Origin: Eledone cirrhosa
Lineage: Eukaryota
Length of the DNA stretch: 64,000 nucleotides
NCBI GenBank assembly: GCA_964016885.1
Contig: OZ024758.1
Span: forward strand, 23,622,001-23,686,000
Reading direction: 5' to 3'
Positions 26,021 through 38,148 of the stretch are shown here, one piece after another. Under the pieces are notes generated by a model. It was not told the DNA's origin. It ran no database searches and was given only the letters and a program-made list of their open reading frames with translations. Position numbers and translations under genes: made by a program. Position 1 is the first letter of the stretch. Every line of letters begins with the position of its first letter.

Positions 26021-26059
26021 CTGTAAGTATTAATTTTATTAAAGCAGTCGTTTTAGTTC

Positions 26060-26705
26060 CATGACAAAAAGTGCCCAGTCCACACTGTAAAGCGGTTGTG
26101 TCAGTGCCATGATAAAAGGCACCCAGTCCACACTGTAAAGTGGTTGTGTCGGTGCTATGATAAAAAGCACCCAGTCCACAGTGTAAAGTGGTTGTGTTGG
26201 TGCGATGATAAAAGGCACCCAGTCCACACTGTAAAGTGGTTGTGTCGGTGCCATGATAAAAAGCACACAGTCCACACTGTAAAGTGGTTGTCGGTGCCAT
26301 GATAAAAGGCCCCAGTCCACACTGTAAAGTGGTTGTGTTGGTGCCATGATAAAAAGCACCCAGTTCACACAAAAAGTGGTTGTGTTGGTGCCATGATAAA
26401 AGGCACCCAGTCCACACTGTAAAGTGGTTGTGTCGGTGCCATGATAAAAAGCACCCAGTCCACACTGTAAAGTGGTTGTGTCGGTGCCATGATAAAAAGC
26501 ACCCAGTCCACACTGTAAAGTGGTTGTGTTGGTACCATGATAAAAGGCACCCAGTCCACACTGTAAAGTGGTTGTGTTGGTGCCATGATAAAAAGCACCC
26601 AGTTCGCACAGTAAAGTGGTCGTATTGGTTCCATGACAAAAAGTGCTCAGTCAACACTGTAAATGGTCATCTTGGTGCCATGATAAAAAAAACACCCAGT
26701 CCATC
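26060..26705. repeat. ~44-bp minisatellite derived from a SINE body segment (shorter reverse array 4960-5150)
   Basis: Unit ccatgataaaaagcacccagtccacactgtaaagtggttgtgtcggtg; flanked by the SINE tail gggcatccagctgtaaaa at ~26890. Confidence 0.9.
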
Positions 26706-27270
26706 CTGCAAGGTGGTCATACTCCTGCAACAACAAAAAGCACCTACCATGTAAGGTGATAGTGCTGGTTGTGCAAAACTATTACCCAAACACTTGTCTG
26801 TGGAGCAAAAAACGAACTGGTTAGAAATTTGTCAGGATTTGTTATAAAGACTTGAAATTGAGCTAAATTTCTTGGATAAAATAGTACCAGGGCATCCAGC
26901 TGTAAAAATCTTAACCAAAACACTGTTCCATCTCAGCAAGGTACGGTGTGGCCAGACTTGCCTCATGATGTGGGCAATCAATCTAACTCATGCAAGTATA
27001 GAAAAATTGATGTTAAACAGTGATGATGATATATAATATATATATATATATATCATTTTATGTCAACTTTTCTATGTTAGCATGGGTTGGAGAGAACTAT
27101 AAATAATAGTTGTAGGGCTTTCTCAAAGAAACTTAACATATTTTTTCGCACACACACACACATACATATATATTTATGTGCATCTCCACGTGTGTGTTTG
27201 TTTATGTGTATTTGTTAGCATAAAATATATTATATTTAGGTCAATAATTACATTTTTTTCTTTGTTTCAG

Positions 27271-30200
27271 GTCAACTCATTTACCTAGTGTGTGATTCCC
27301 ATTTATGGTTGTGCCAAATTTTGCAAATAAAACCCAAAGACGTTTTTTTAGTTGATTAGTGAGGTTTTCACTACCTCCCACTGATCTCATTTGCATAATT
27401 TCTTTGTTGGTGACATCACAGATTTTTTTTTTTTTTTTTTTTGTCAGTGAATAAGTCATCTTTGACTTGTAGCTGTCTCATTACTCTCGTGCCTTACATT
27501 CTTCAAACTCTCCATGAAAGCCACCACTGTTCTTCGTCATCTGCTGCCAGATAATGACTTTCGACTTTGTTGCCTTCTACAGATGCAGAGTTGCAGCTTT
27601 TTATGCTTAATATAAGGAATCTTTCCCGTTGGAATCAATATATATATATATATATATATATTCAATATAGAAATGACTAGAACTATTACTGTTTCATTCG
27701 AACGAAACAGTTCTAGTCCTGTAGAAGCCATTTCTATATTAAATATTTATACTCTGCTATATATTGAGTATCTTACTTTTGAACCCGGGATACATATATA
27801 TTGGAAAATATCTTTCGTATCGAATTAATAGTTAATATAACCTACATATAAAACCTTAACGCCTGCAGGATTTAATGAATTAACTATTATCAACCAAGAA
27901 CAAACAAACAAACAAACCGTGTGAAGTTTATCCATATTAAGCAACTTGAATATGTTTACACAACATATTGAAGAATGTTTCAGTTAAGTATCCAAGGGAG
28001 TAAACTCAGATAAGCCGTTTACCTATAAGCCTTTTTACTCAATTCTCTTCCTTCTGAAACCTGCTGTCTGAAATGCACAGTCTGAAAATTACCATATTCA
28101 AAACTGTTAGACATAAAAGAAAGAATTTTAAGTCAATTTATTTTGACACAAAATTTTCTTTGAAAAATCAAGCCAATACTTTACCCTGTAAAATGTGTCT
28201 TTCATGCAAAACAACTGTAATTGTTTTGTATATTACATCGATAATTATGTTTGCTTCTCACAGCAGTTTTGGCAATGCCAGAAACACAAAACAAAACATC
28301 TATGAAATGTTTACTTAATACAATTATGTAATATATACTTTATTTCTTTCAAAACTTCCCTAAGTGGATAATATAAAAGAAGGAAGAGATTCAAATGGGT
28401 TGAAAGAGGCAGCATATATATATATATTATATATATATAATGTATATAATATATATATATATATAATATATTATATAATGAATACAATATATTATATATT
28501 ATATAATGTATATAATATATATATTATATAATGTATATACTATATTACATAATATATATAATATTATATATATAATGTATATAATATATTATATAATATA
28601 TATTATATAATGTATATTATATATATTATGTATATTATATATATATTATATAATATAATGTATATTATATATATTATATATTTATTATATTATATAATGT
28701 ATATAATATATTTATTATATTATATAATATATTATATATTTATTATATAATGTATATAATATATATATATTATATAATGTATATATATATATATATATGT
28801 CACAAGGCACTTTATGGTAAATATTCCATATTTTCGTTAAGTTGTATATTTGAGGTTTATTCTTTTTGTTGTATAATTGACATAGACATTGTCATAGCAC
28901 CAACTATTTGTTGATTTGTTGTACACTATCAGCGATTAAATAAATACCTCACTTACATGAACCAAGATGCTACTGCATAGGTTCATATATATCTATCTAC
29001 CATACATACACACGTGTATATATGTATATATGCATACAGACACACCTGCATTAGTTTTAAACTCTGTGATATAGATTCTATTATAGTTTCCGGTAGAACT
29101 TTTAAAAGTACTCTAGAATTATTTAGTCAGCTTTTATTTTGAAAATTAACCCATTAGCATTTACATTACTCTATATTTACTATTGTATTTTCATGGTAAA
29201 CACTTTATCTCACATAATATCGAAGCTACAAGATTTTGATGTTATCTATTTTGAGAACGATACTTTAACATCAGTATGAGTGGCCGGTTATGGCTGGTTT
29301 GTACAGAAAGAGGTGAGTGAATTCTGGCCAGATACAGCCGGTTTGTATGCTAAAGGGTTAAATGGGTGAAATACTTTATAAATTCAAAAGGAAAAAGTTA
29401 TACCATACTTGGAAATTAATGGTTATTGATTTTTCCCTCCATATAAACTGTTAACAAATACCTTTATTATTATCAACTGAAAAATATTAAGTTTTATTCT
29501 GAATAATATTTCTTTTAATATATTTTAATATTATCAAATTGCTTTAAAAATGTATAAAAATGAATAATTTCCAGAACACTAGGTTTTTATGGTATTATAT
29601 ACTTCTGACATCTTAATATTGAGTGCATTTCAAGTTTATTATCTCTTTATACAGTAATGATCAGTTAACAGGAATCTAGTTTAGATCTTTGTTAAGTCAT
29701 CTGTTAACAGGAATCTAGTTTAGATCTTTATGTTAAGTCATCTGTTAACAGGAATCTAGTTTATATCTTTATGTTAAGTCATCTGTTAACAGGAATCTAG
29801 GTTAGATCTTTATGTTTAGTCATCTGTTCATAGGAATCTAGTTTAGATTTTTATGTCATCTGTTAACAGGAATCTAGTTTATATCTTTGTTAAGTCATCT
29901 GTTAATAGGAATCTAGTTTAGATTTTTATGTCATCTGTTAACAGGAATCTAGTTTATATCTTTGTTTAGTCATCTGTTAATAGGAATCTAGTTTAGATTT
30001 TTATGTCATCTGTTAACAGGAATCTAGTTTATATCTTTATGTTAAGTCATCTGTTAGTAGGAATCTAGTTTAGATTTTTATGTCATCTGTTAACAGGAAT
30101 CTAGTTTATATCTTTGTTTAGTCACCTGTTAATAGGAATCTAGTTTATATCTTTAAGTCATCTGTTAATAAGAATCTAGTTTATATCTTTGTTTAGTCAT

Positions 30201-32380
30201 CTGTTAACATAAAGATATAAACTAGATTCCTGTTAAGTCATCTGTTAACAAGAATCTAGTTTATATCTTTAAGTCATCTGTTAACAAGAATCTAGTTTAT
30301 ATCTTTATGTTAAGTCATCTGTTAACAAGAATCTAGTTTATATCTTTATGTTAAGTCATCTGTTAACAAGAATCTAGTTTATATCTTTATGTTAAGTCAT
30401 CTGTTAACAAGAATCTAGTTTATATCTTTATGTTAAGTCATGTTAACAAGAATCTAGTTTATATCTTTATGTTAAGTCATCTGTTAACAGGAATCTAGTT
30501 TAGATTTTTAAGTCATCTGCAATAAGTTAACAGGAATCTAGGTTAGATCTTTAAGTTAAGTCATCTGTTAACAGAAATCTAGTTTAGATCTTTGTGTTAT
30601 GTCATCTGTAATTTAAATGAAATACTGTTGTACTTTAGGAAGGAATATTAAGAGAATTTATATAATTATTCATAAGAAGTGTATATTGTTCGTAGTTATT
30701 TGCAATTTGTATTTCCTCCTTCAAGTAAGAAAATGATGACCTTAAGGAATATTTAGAAAATTATTATTATCATTATTATTAGGATGGTGGATTGGCAGTA
30801 TCAGTGCTGGACATGCTTTGCAGCATAGTTATAGCCCTTTACACTCTGAATTCAAATCCAGCTGAGGTTAGCTTTGCCTTTCATCCTTATGGGGTCGATA
30901 AAATAAAGTACCAGTAATGCTCTGGGGTCGATTTAATCACCCCCTCCCCCCCACACACACAAATAGCTGGCCTTGTGCCTAAATCAGAAACCATTATTAT
31001 TATTATTATGTGGTAAACCAGCATTGTAAGGGAATAGGGAACAAGTGTTGGTGATCTTAGTTTTGATTGTCAATTGGAACCCTTTCATTTACATTGCTAA
31101 TGCAGCCAGGAAAAGGCATGAAGTCACAACCTCCATTTTCTATCTTTATAAATATGAGATTTCATGCTTCATTATTATTATTGTGATTTTTATTTTTTAC
31201 AAGTCACTCTTTTTAGATGCTTTGTTTTATTAAGAAATGTAAACCATTTTAATTCCATTTTACTCAAATATAACTAAATACAACATACTTGTCTATAAGA
31301 AATGCTACCCCACAAAACCTTTTATGCCTTAAAAAATCGTATCAAGTCCTAATATTATTTTTATGTAATTCTATTTATTTATTAAAAAAACAAAAAACAA
31401 AACAAAGAAAGAAAAACTCATTTAATTTTTCAATATTTGAGATTAAAAAGTATTAATAAACAAAAAAGATATTTTTGGATAAAATATTTGTAAGACATTT
31501 GTGATCGAAAGTTTGAGGACATTTGGTGGAATTGATTTTCAAGTTGTTAAAATTTTACCAGAGTCTGAAAATGCATATGGGTGCAGCAGGTTGCTAAACT
31601 GCATTTATTCAACCTCCAGTATTTAAAGCTTGATTTCTTCTTTTTCTTTTTTTTTTTTTGCAATTTTTGACAAGAGAAAATAACAATGCCACTATGACAA
31701 CGAATGTATTTTATTGCTGTGTGACATTTTGATTACAGTTCAGACTAAAATATTCATGTTTTTCTTTGGAAGTATCTAAATGAAAGCTCAATAGAATGTC
31801 CAATAGGCATGAGATTTAAAATATTGTGCTACATGTGTTCATAAAATATTCATGTTTTTGGAATTATCTAAATGAAAGCTCAATAGAATGTCCAAATAGA
31901 CATGGGATTTAAAATATTGTGCTACATGTGAAGCACCAATAGACACGAGATTTAAAATATTGTGCTACATGTGATTCATAAAATATTCATGTTTTTGGAA
32001 TTGTCTAAATGAAAGCTCAATAGAATGTCCAATAGACATGTAATCACAAAGACTGCGGATGTGGAACATAAACTTTGCATAATATGTAATCGTAAATATT
32101 GCATAGAATATAATCTTAAAAGACTGATGACAAATGTTCTGTTAATTTGAAACCATGTTGTATACAGCTGGGAAAAAAAAAGAAACCACACACCACTGTA
32201 TATATTTTTGTTTACTTATGCCAACTGTAAATACAGGCTATTATTTTATTTTCAAGTGCCAAGTTGTAGATATAAAACAATTTTTTTTACTGCTGATGCA
32301 ACTTTACAAAATATAAAAATGGTATTATAATGTAAAAAAAAAAAAAATAAAACTATATTATAAAAGACTTTTGTGTAAAA
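27271..32380 (+). other. Putative non-coding terminal (3'-UTR) exon of SNX16; end uncertain
   Basis: Strong acceptor tttttttctttgtttcag|g ending at 27270, downstream of the unpaired donor at 26023; AU-rich sequence follows; candidate AATAAA near 32346. The 3' end is inference. Confidence 0.45.
29662..30610. repeat. 34-39 bp minisatellite with one inverted unit
   Basis: Unit gttaacaggaatctagtttatatctttatgttaagtcatct. Confidence 0.92.
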
Positions 32381-33009
32381 TGTTTTTTAATTGCTTGGTA
32401 GGTTTCGGTCTCTTAACCCTTTAGCATTTGTTACTCTATATTTACTATTGTATGTTCGCAATAAAGACTTTATCTCACATAATATCGAATCTATAGCCGG
32501 TTTGAACAGAAAAAGGTGAAAGAATTCTAGCTGGTTATGGCCAGTTTAAATACTAAAGGGTTAAACATAATGCCACAGTTCTGTATTGTTGATGTTTAGA
32601 TCTAGGTCAGCTCTGATCACACATATCAATGATCAAAAGCATTCTAGCCATGACCATTGCACCTTTTTTTATAGTTTATCAAGGATTATATCATTCATTG
32701 TTTTTTTTTTTTTTTTTTCCATAAAATTTAGCTGGCATTTCTATCTGGAGTTCTTTTGGCTCCAGACAGCAAGGAAAAGAATACTGTGTAAATTGTAGGA
32801 ATGGTAAGAGATATTGGAAAATACATAAATTTAACAACTTCCTAAATCTACATTCCTGAAGCCTTTGTATAAAAAACAAAAAATAAAAATTGTAAATTTG
32901 AAAGGAACCATGAATTCTCTTTAATCTACCTTAATTAATCTGGATTTTTATTATAATTGTTTTAAAATCTGCATTTCTACAAGGCAATAGGTTGGACAGG
33001 TCAACTGTA

Positions 33010-33390
33010 TAGCACCGTTATCCATCCTGATACTGTCTCAACTTATCTAGGAAAACAGTTTTAGATCTGACCGGAGTCTAGATATTTGGTATCCAAGTTA
33101 TTTTACACTTTATTCATAGATGTTATCCAACCATCTTGCTCAGGGTCTACTACCAGTTAGTTTTGCCCGTAAAATATGTCTAGCAATTCTTTCCTGAGAC
33201 ATTCTAACCACATGCCCATAGTATTAGAACTGTGATCTCTCAATTTGGAGAAGTAGCTGCTCTGCCTGGAAGGACTCTCTGATCTCCGAGTTATGTTATT
33301 CCAAAGACCCTTTGGAGGAATCCCATTTTGGCTGCTTATCTCTACTAATACTATTCATCCATTTACATGTCCAAAGTCATGTCTCTATAG
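33010..33390 (-). mobile_element. Degenerate RTE LINE 3' fragment between SNX16 and NDUFA5
   Basis: Minus strand encodes YYGHVVRMSQERIARHILRAKLTG..RWLDNI-like residues with disruptions. Confidence 0.65.
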
Positions 33391-33682
33391 ATCAGTCTTT
33401 TATATATGTTAACATTATTCAAAGTATCATAGTGTATATTTAAAGTGAGAAAATAGCTAGAATCATCATTACCACGATGGCAACTTCCAATAGTTTTACT
33501 GATATCATCATCATCATTTAATGTACATTTCTCCATGCTAGCATGGGTTTAACAAGTTCTGTTGTGGGCAATGCCAGGTCAGGTGACCATGTCTTGTTCA
33601 TAAAGAACTGATTTTGGCTTTGTTTCTGTATGAGCAAGAAAAACAAATAGAAAGAAAAGACAAAACAAACGATTCTATTTTT

Positions 33683-33688
33683 TTTATT
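33683..33688 (-). terminator. Putative polyadenylation signal of NDUFA5
   Basis: AATAAA on the - strand about 70 nt after the stop, followed by U/GU-rich sequence. Confidence 0.6.
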
Positions 33689-33756
33689 TAGCAAATTCCT
33701 TCTAATCACTTAATTTAGATATAAACTAAAAATAATTACATTTCAGACTAATACAC

Positions 33757-33858
33757 TTATAGTGGCCATTTCCATTGAGTTGGAGGTGCTTCAGCTACTA
33801 AAGGTTCCCAGGGTCGCCATTCCAACATCTTTCTGGATAGAGACAATTCTCGATGAGC
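33757..33858 (-). CDS. NDUFA5: NDUFA5 exon 5 (C-terminus, stop TAA)
   Basis: gacag|GCTCAT...; [33 protein letters not shown]; the five exons sum to 116 aa, the length of human NDUFA5. Confidence 0.97.
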   Translation of the reverse strand, partial: AHRELSLSRKMLEWRPWEPLVAEAPPTQWKWPL

Positions 33859-35194
33859 CTGTCAGGAAAGTGAAGTGATAAGTATATAAAATCATTAATA
33901 TATTAGAACATAATTGTTTCTACATTTGGCACAAGGCCAGCAATTACCCAGTACATTACTGGTACTTTATCGACCCCCGTAAGGATGAAAGGCAAAGTTA
34001 ACCTCGGCGGGATTTGAACTCAGAATGGAAAGGGACGTAACTATGCTGGAAAGCATGGCGTCCGACCCTCTAATATATTAGAACATAGAAGTAATTAATA
34101 AATCATCAGTTTTACGTCTGCATGGTTGGATAGGTCCTCTTCAGCACAACTTCCTTCCTGAGGTTCAGCAGTCACTCCGAATAAATAAGACTGCACAGGG
34201 TATATGAGGACCCTGTAGACCATAGAGAAGGCAGTCCATCAAGGAGAGTGGTTACTCAGAATTAAAACTAATACAAAGTAGAGAGAACTTTTAAATCCTG
34301 ATAGACAGACCTCTCTAGTGCTGGAGGTACAATAAGATGCATGCATTCCATGCTGTAAAGTGGTTGGTAACAAGAAGGGTATTCAGCAAGAAAATTTCTG
34401 CCAAAATACAATGACATAACAAGCAATAGATTTGCATGTATGGTCAATCATGACAGCTTATCTCCTCAACCAAGTAAATTCTGCAGAATTCGAAAAAAGA
34501 TAAGGTGGTCATCAAAATTGCTACAGTAAAGCAAGCATGCCTTTTGGTATTCTACAATGGCAGCTGTCTATCATTTTTAATCCTTAAACTGCATTAGCTT
34601 TTAACATCCTGTAATGATTTAGTAGAAAATATCTAAAAAATGGGTTTGTTGATTCAAATATTTGTAGTATCTTTACTAGATCCTTGTGAAAACTGGCACT
34701 ATTAGATTAAAGTAAAGACTTCAGTTTTTAAAGTGATGCAGTCACAATGCTGTTTTGTATTTTGTACTTTCCAAGAAAGTGTTAATGCGGTTCAGAACAT
34801 TGAGTTAATAATATGGTAACCAATGGCGGCGAGTTGTTAGAACGTAAGATAGAATGCTTTGTGGTATTTGTTTTGGCTCTCTGAGTTCAAATCCTGCCGA
34901 GGTCGATAAAAAAAGTAGCAGTCTAATACGGGGGCCGATTCTTTCTCAATTCCATTCTTTCACTCTTTATACTTCTTTGGAAGAAATCTGCCTAGAGAGG
35001 AGATGGGCTCTGCCATGTTTAAACAAGCCCTAGAAATGCTGTATGTCAATATGGTGCCCCTAAAACTCCCTCAGGAGTTATGGTACCATGCATGCATACA
35101 AACAATATGGCAGTCATTAGTTAAACATTTTATACTGTAAGGAAAATAGGTGAAGATGATAAAAGATGTAGAAATACATCGATATTTCACTGAC

Positions 35195-35260
35195 CTGGAG
35201 TACCATTTCTTCAACTTGACCAGACTTGGCAATATTCTCTAGTTTGGTAACATCAGGTTC
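35195..35260 (-). CDS. NDUFA5: NDUFA5 exon 4
   Basis: ttttag|GAACCT...CTCCAG|gtcagt; 66 nt; EPDVTKLENIAKSGQVEEMVLQ. Confidence 0.95.
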
Positions 35261-35532
35261 CTAAAACAGAATTCATAAACACTTTCAAAAGTTTTTCAAT
35301 AATAAATATAACCCAATACTATTTTAAGTTAGGTAGGTGATGAGGATGTTTAATCCTTTTGATGCCAAACAACTGGCAGCAGTCATTCCTCTTGATTTAT
35401 TAGATACCCTGAGACTAGAGAGGAAATGGATTTTGTAGTTATATGAGTGTTTTATGATGATTAGTATGGATTCTGGTGAAGACTACATCACTTCTTGAGA
35501 GTAGACAACGATATATTACAAACATAACTCAC

Positions 35533-35649
35533 CATATTTATAATGGTTAGCCGCTCTTTGACAATCATTTCTGTGTTTTTACGATAGGCAGCTTCTTCAG
35601 GCATCTTTGCCAAAGTGCGAAGAATTTTTGCATACAGAACCTTCAAGGT
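35533..35649 (-). CDS. NDUFA5: NDUFA5 exon 3
   Basis: tgcag|ACCTTG...AATATG|gtgagt; 117 nt; TLKVLYAKILRTLAKMPEEAAYRKNTEMIVKERLTIINM (AAYRK.TE motif; visible in ORF 35488..35688). Confidence 0.97.
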
Positions 35650-35718
35650 CTGCAAAAGGAAGAAGAGAAATGTTTTGGAGGGAAACAAAGCAGAAAATGT
35701 TAATAGGAAAGACTTGGC

Positions 35719-35958
35719 TTAACCCTTCAGTTACCAATCCGGCCAAAACTGGTTCTGGTTCTATGAAATAAAACCACCCTTTTTAAAGATTTCCAATTTA
35801 AATTAAAATCTTCCAACATAATTTTATATAAGAACCTTGCATTAAGTTACTATTTTAGTAATGAAATAACTAATAATTTTAGTAAATCCCTCAAAATTCT
35901 TCATTAATTAATTAAAATAGGGTGTATTTCATTAGAAATGTGGTCATGAAAGGGTTAA
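35719..35958. mobile_element. TTAA MITE family P2, intact, in NDUFA5 intron 2
   Basis: TTAA|CCCTTC ... GAAAGGG|TTAA. Confidence 0.85.
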
Positions 35959-36271
35959 AAAATAAAAAAATAGCATAATTTTAATTTGTTGTACTTTTTA
36001 TTACCTTCATTTTGAACACTTATAAATATAATAAAAAAATCAATCATTTGTACCAAAAATAGTATTGCCTGATCACTTAGTAGAGTGCAGGAATGTATGT
36101 AAGCAAGATGGAGTTCCCTGACCCATTTGAGGGGCCCGGTAGCTCCACTTGAGTACTGATGTAGTCTTTGACAAACTAGCCAACCCTTGCTAGTAGCATG
36201 ATGATGATGTTCGTGTTCCCTGTTCTTAATTTACTGAATTTATTAAAGTTACATGAATGTATTATACTTAC

Positions 36272-36316
36272 ACGATGAGGATGTTTAGCAACAGGCAGGC
36301 CTGTTAGACCAGTGGT
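36272..36316 (-). CDS. NDUFA5: NDUFA5 exon 2
   Basis: acag|ACCACT...CATCGT|gtaagt; 45 nt; TTGLTGLPVAKHPHR (TTGL.GL.V motif). Confidence 0.95.
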
Positions 36317-36439
36317 CTGTTAAATAAAGGAAATAAAGTCAATATATTGTCTCAGTAAAAAAATGTTATATGAAAATTTATTTTTAAAACAGAAACATAC
36401 ATCAAGAAACACTGAAGTTGATTACACATATATATATAT

Positions 36440-36621
36440 AACGAAGGAAATGTGGTAAGGAACCAGGTGGACCATAACGCACCAAAGTACTCAATACTTA
36501 GGGTAGTAGAGTGGGTAATAGGAACCAGTAAGACCCCGACGGCTGAGCTCAAGCCGAATTAGTCCAGAATTAGCCGTCGAAACGGCTTGAGCTCAGCCGT
36601 CGGGGTCTTACTGGTTCCTAT
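36440..36621. mobile_element. Fold-back insert between (TA)n tracts in NDUFA5 intron 1
   Basis: 39-bp perfect inverted arms 36518-36556 / 36583-36621; same family as 49982-50330. Confidence 0.75.
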
Positions 36622-37827
36622 ATATATATATATTAATTGTTCTGATCAATCGTATTGTCTGGCAAATGCAGAGGTCGACAAATATTTTTCTGTTGCACGA
36701 GTCGACAATTTTACGTGGTGTGAAACGACAGTTGATCTAAGAAATGATGAGGTATAAAAATGTTTGTTTGATCTTGTCTCTTCCATTTTCTCCTTTCTTC
36801 CTATCACTTTTTCAGGTCAACACACTTCAAGCCACTTATTTCTCCCACCAATCTCAGAGACCCTGAAAAGCATCATGGGTTCTGCTTGTCCTCCTCAAAC
36901 TAAACCATTAACAAACACACGACACACACAGAAAGTACAGAAACACAGTGGTAGTCACAACATTGTATACATTCAACAATGGGTTCTTTATGTCACTGCT
37001 CGACTTGCTAGAGATCGCAGGCAAATTTCCCCACAAATGACACCCTATCGTCTTAAAAAAATAAAGGATATATTGGATAATGTTGTCGTGTATATACAAT
37101 GAGAAAAATGACGACTGGAACAGCTTTGATCCTAAGTCTGCTTAGTCGGGACGGACACAGTGTTAAACAACAACAAAAGGAATATAAGCACACTTTTATA
37201 AATACTGTCCCGTATATTAGACCATCTTTAGATATAGAATAACGATATAAAACTATATACATATGATGGTACGGGTTTGAAGTTGTGCCGATTCCTGCTT
37301 GGGATATATTTTGTTTTATTTATTTATTTATTAACGTCAATAATACAGGGGAAAAGCATAAGCACCACAAATTCTCATGACTATCTAAAACCAAACCATA
37401 TAAACAAGAAATGAACGATCGGACGAGGGAATCGCGATGCGGTTGCTCGACCTGTTTGAAATAACAGTCGAATCTCCTTCAAATCACATTTTAAATATAC
37501 AAGGTACAACATATTAGATAAACTACATCTAAAAAAAAGAACAACAAAAACTGACGGGATTGTCACGGCTAGAACCCTTTTTATACGTCTCTTCATTTAC
37601 AGGTGCATGGAGGTAAACAAGAAATGTATTCTTCAATGAAGGCTGTTTCAAGGGCACGACTCTCTTTCACAGTAAAAGGTAGAAATTAGTATTAGTAACA
37701 GCAACAACACGTCTGAAAATCCACAGGAGATATCTAGCGTTAGTTTAGAAGTTGCCACGCTAGGATTGATAGCTTTAGACATTGTTAGAATTTAGTAAAT
37801 AAACAAAGAACCAACAAGGTTACTTAC

Positions 37828-37848
37828 AAGTTTCACGACACCTGCCAT
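37828..37848 (-). CDS. NDUFA5: NDUFA5 (complex I subunit B13) exon 1
   Basis: aagATGGCAGGTGTCGTGAAACTT|gtaagt = MAGVVKL; good Kozak context; resembles human MAGVLKK. Confidence 0.9.
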
Positions 37849-37862
37849 CTTGAACGGAAGTG
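37842..37862 (-). promoter_or_regulatory. NDUFA5 promoter-proximal motifs: YY1-like AAGATGGC over the ATG and ETS/GABP-like CGGAAGTG
   Basis: Motifs read directly (cctgccatctt / aacggaagtg); function inferred from vertebrate housekeeping and mitochondrial gene promoters. Confidence 0.45.
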
Positions 37863-38031
37863 TACACCAATATCTGATACGTGTTCGTTAATGCGTTATT
37901 CCGTAACTGGTGTTTGCCTAGTAGCGAATAGCAGAATAAGCATTTAGATAATTATAGAAGAGAATAAACGAACGTAGTTACTTCGACATGAATCTTGCTG
38001 AAATAAATATATAAACACAGGCTTATATATA

Positions 38032-38087
<56 letters not shown>

Positions 38088-38103
38088 CACAGGCTGATAT
38101 ATA

Positions 38104-38148
<45 letters not shown>

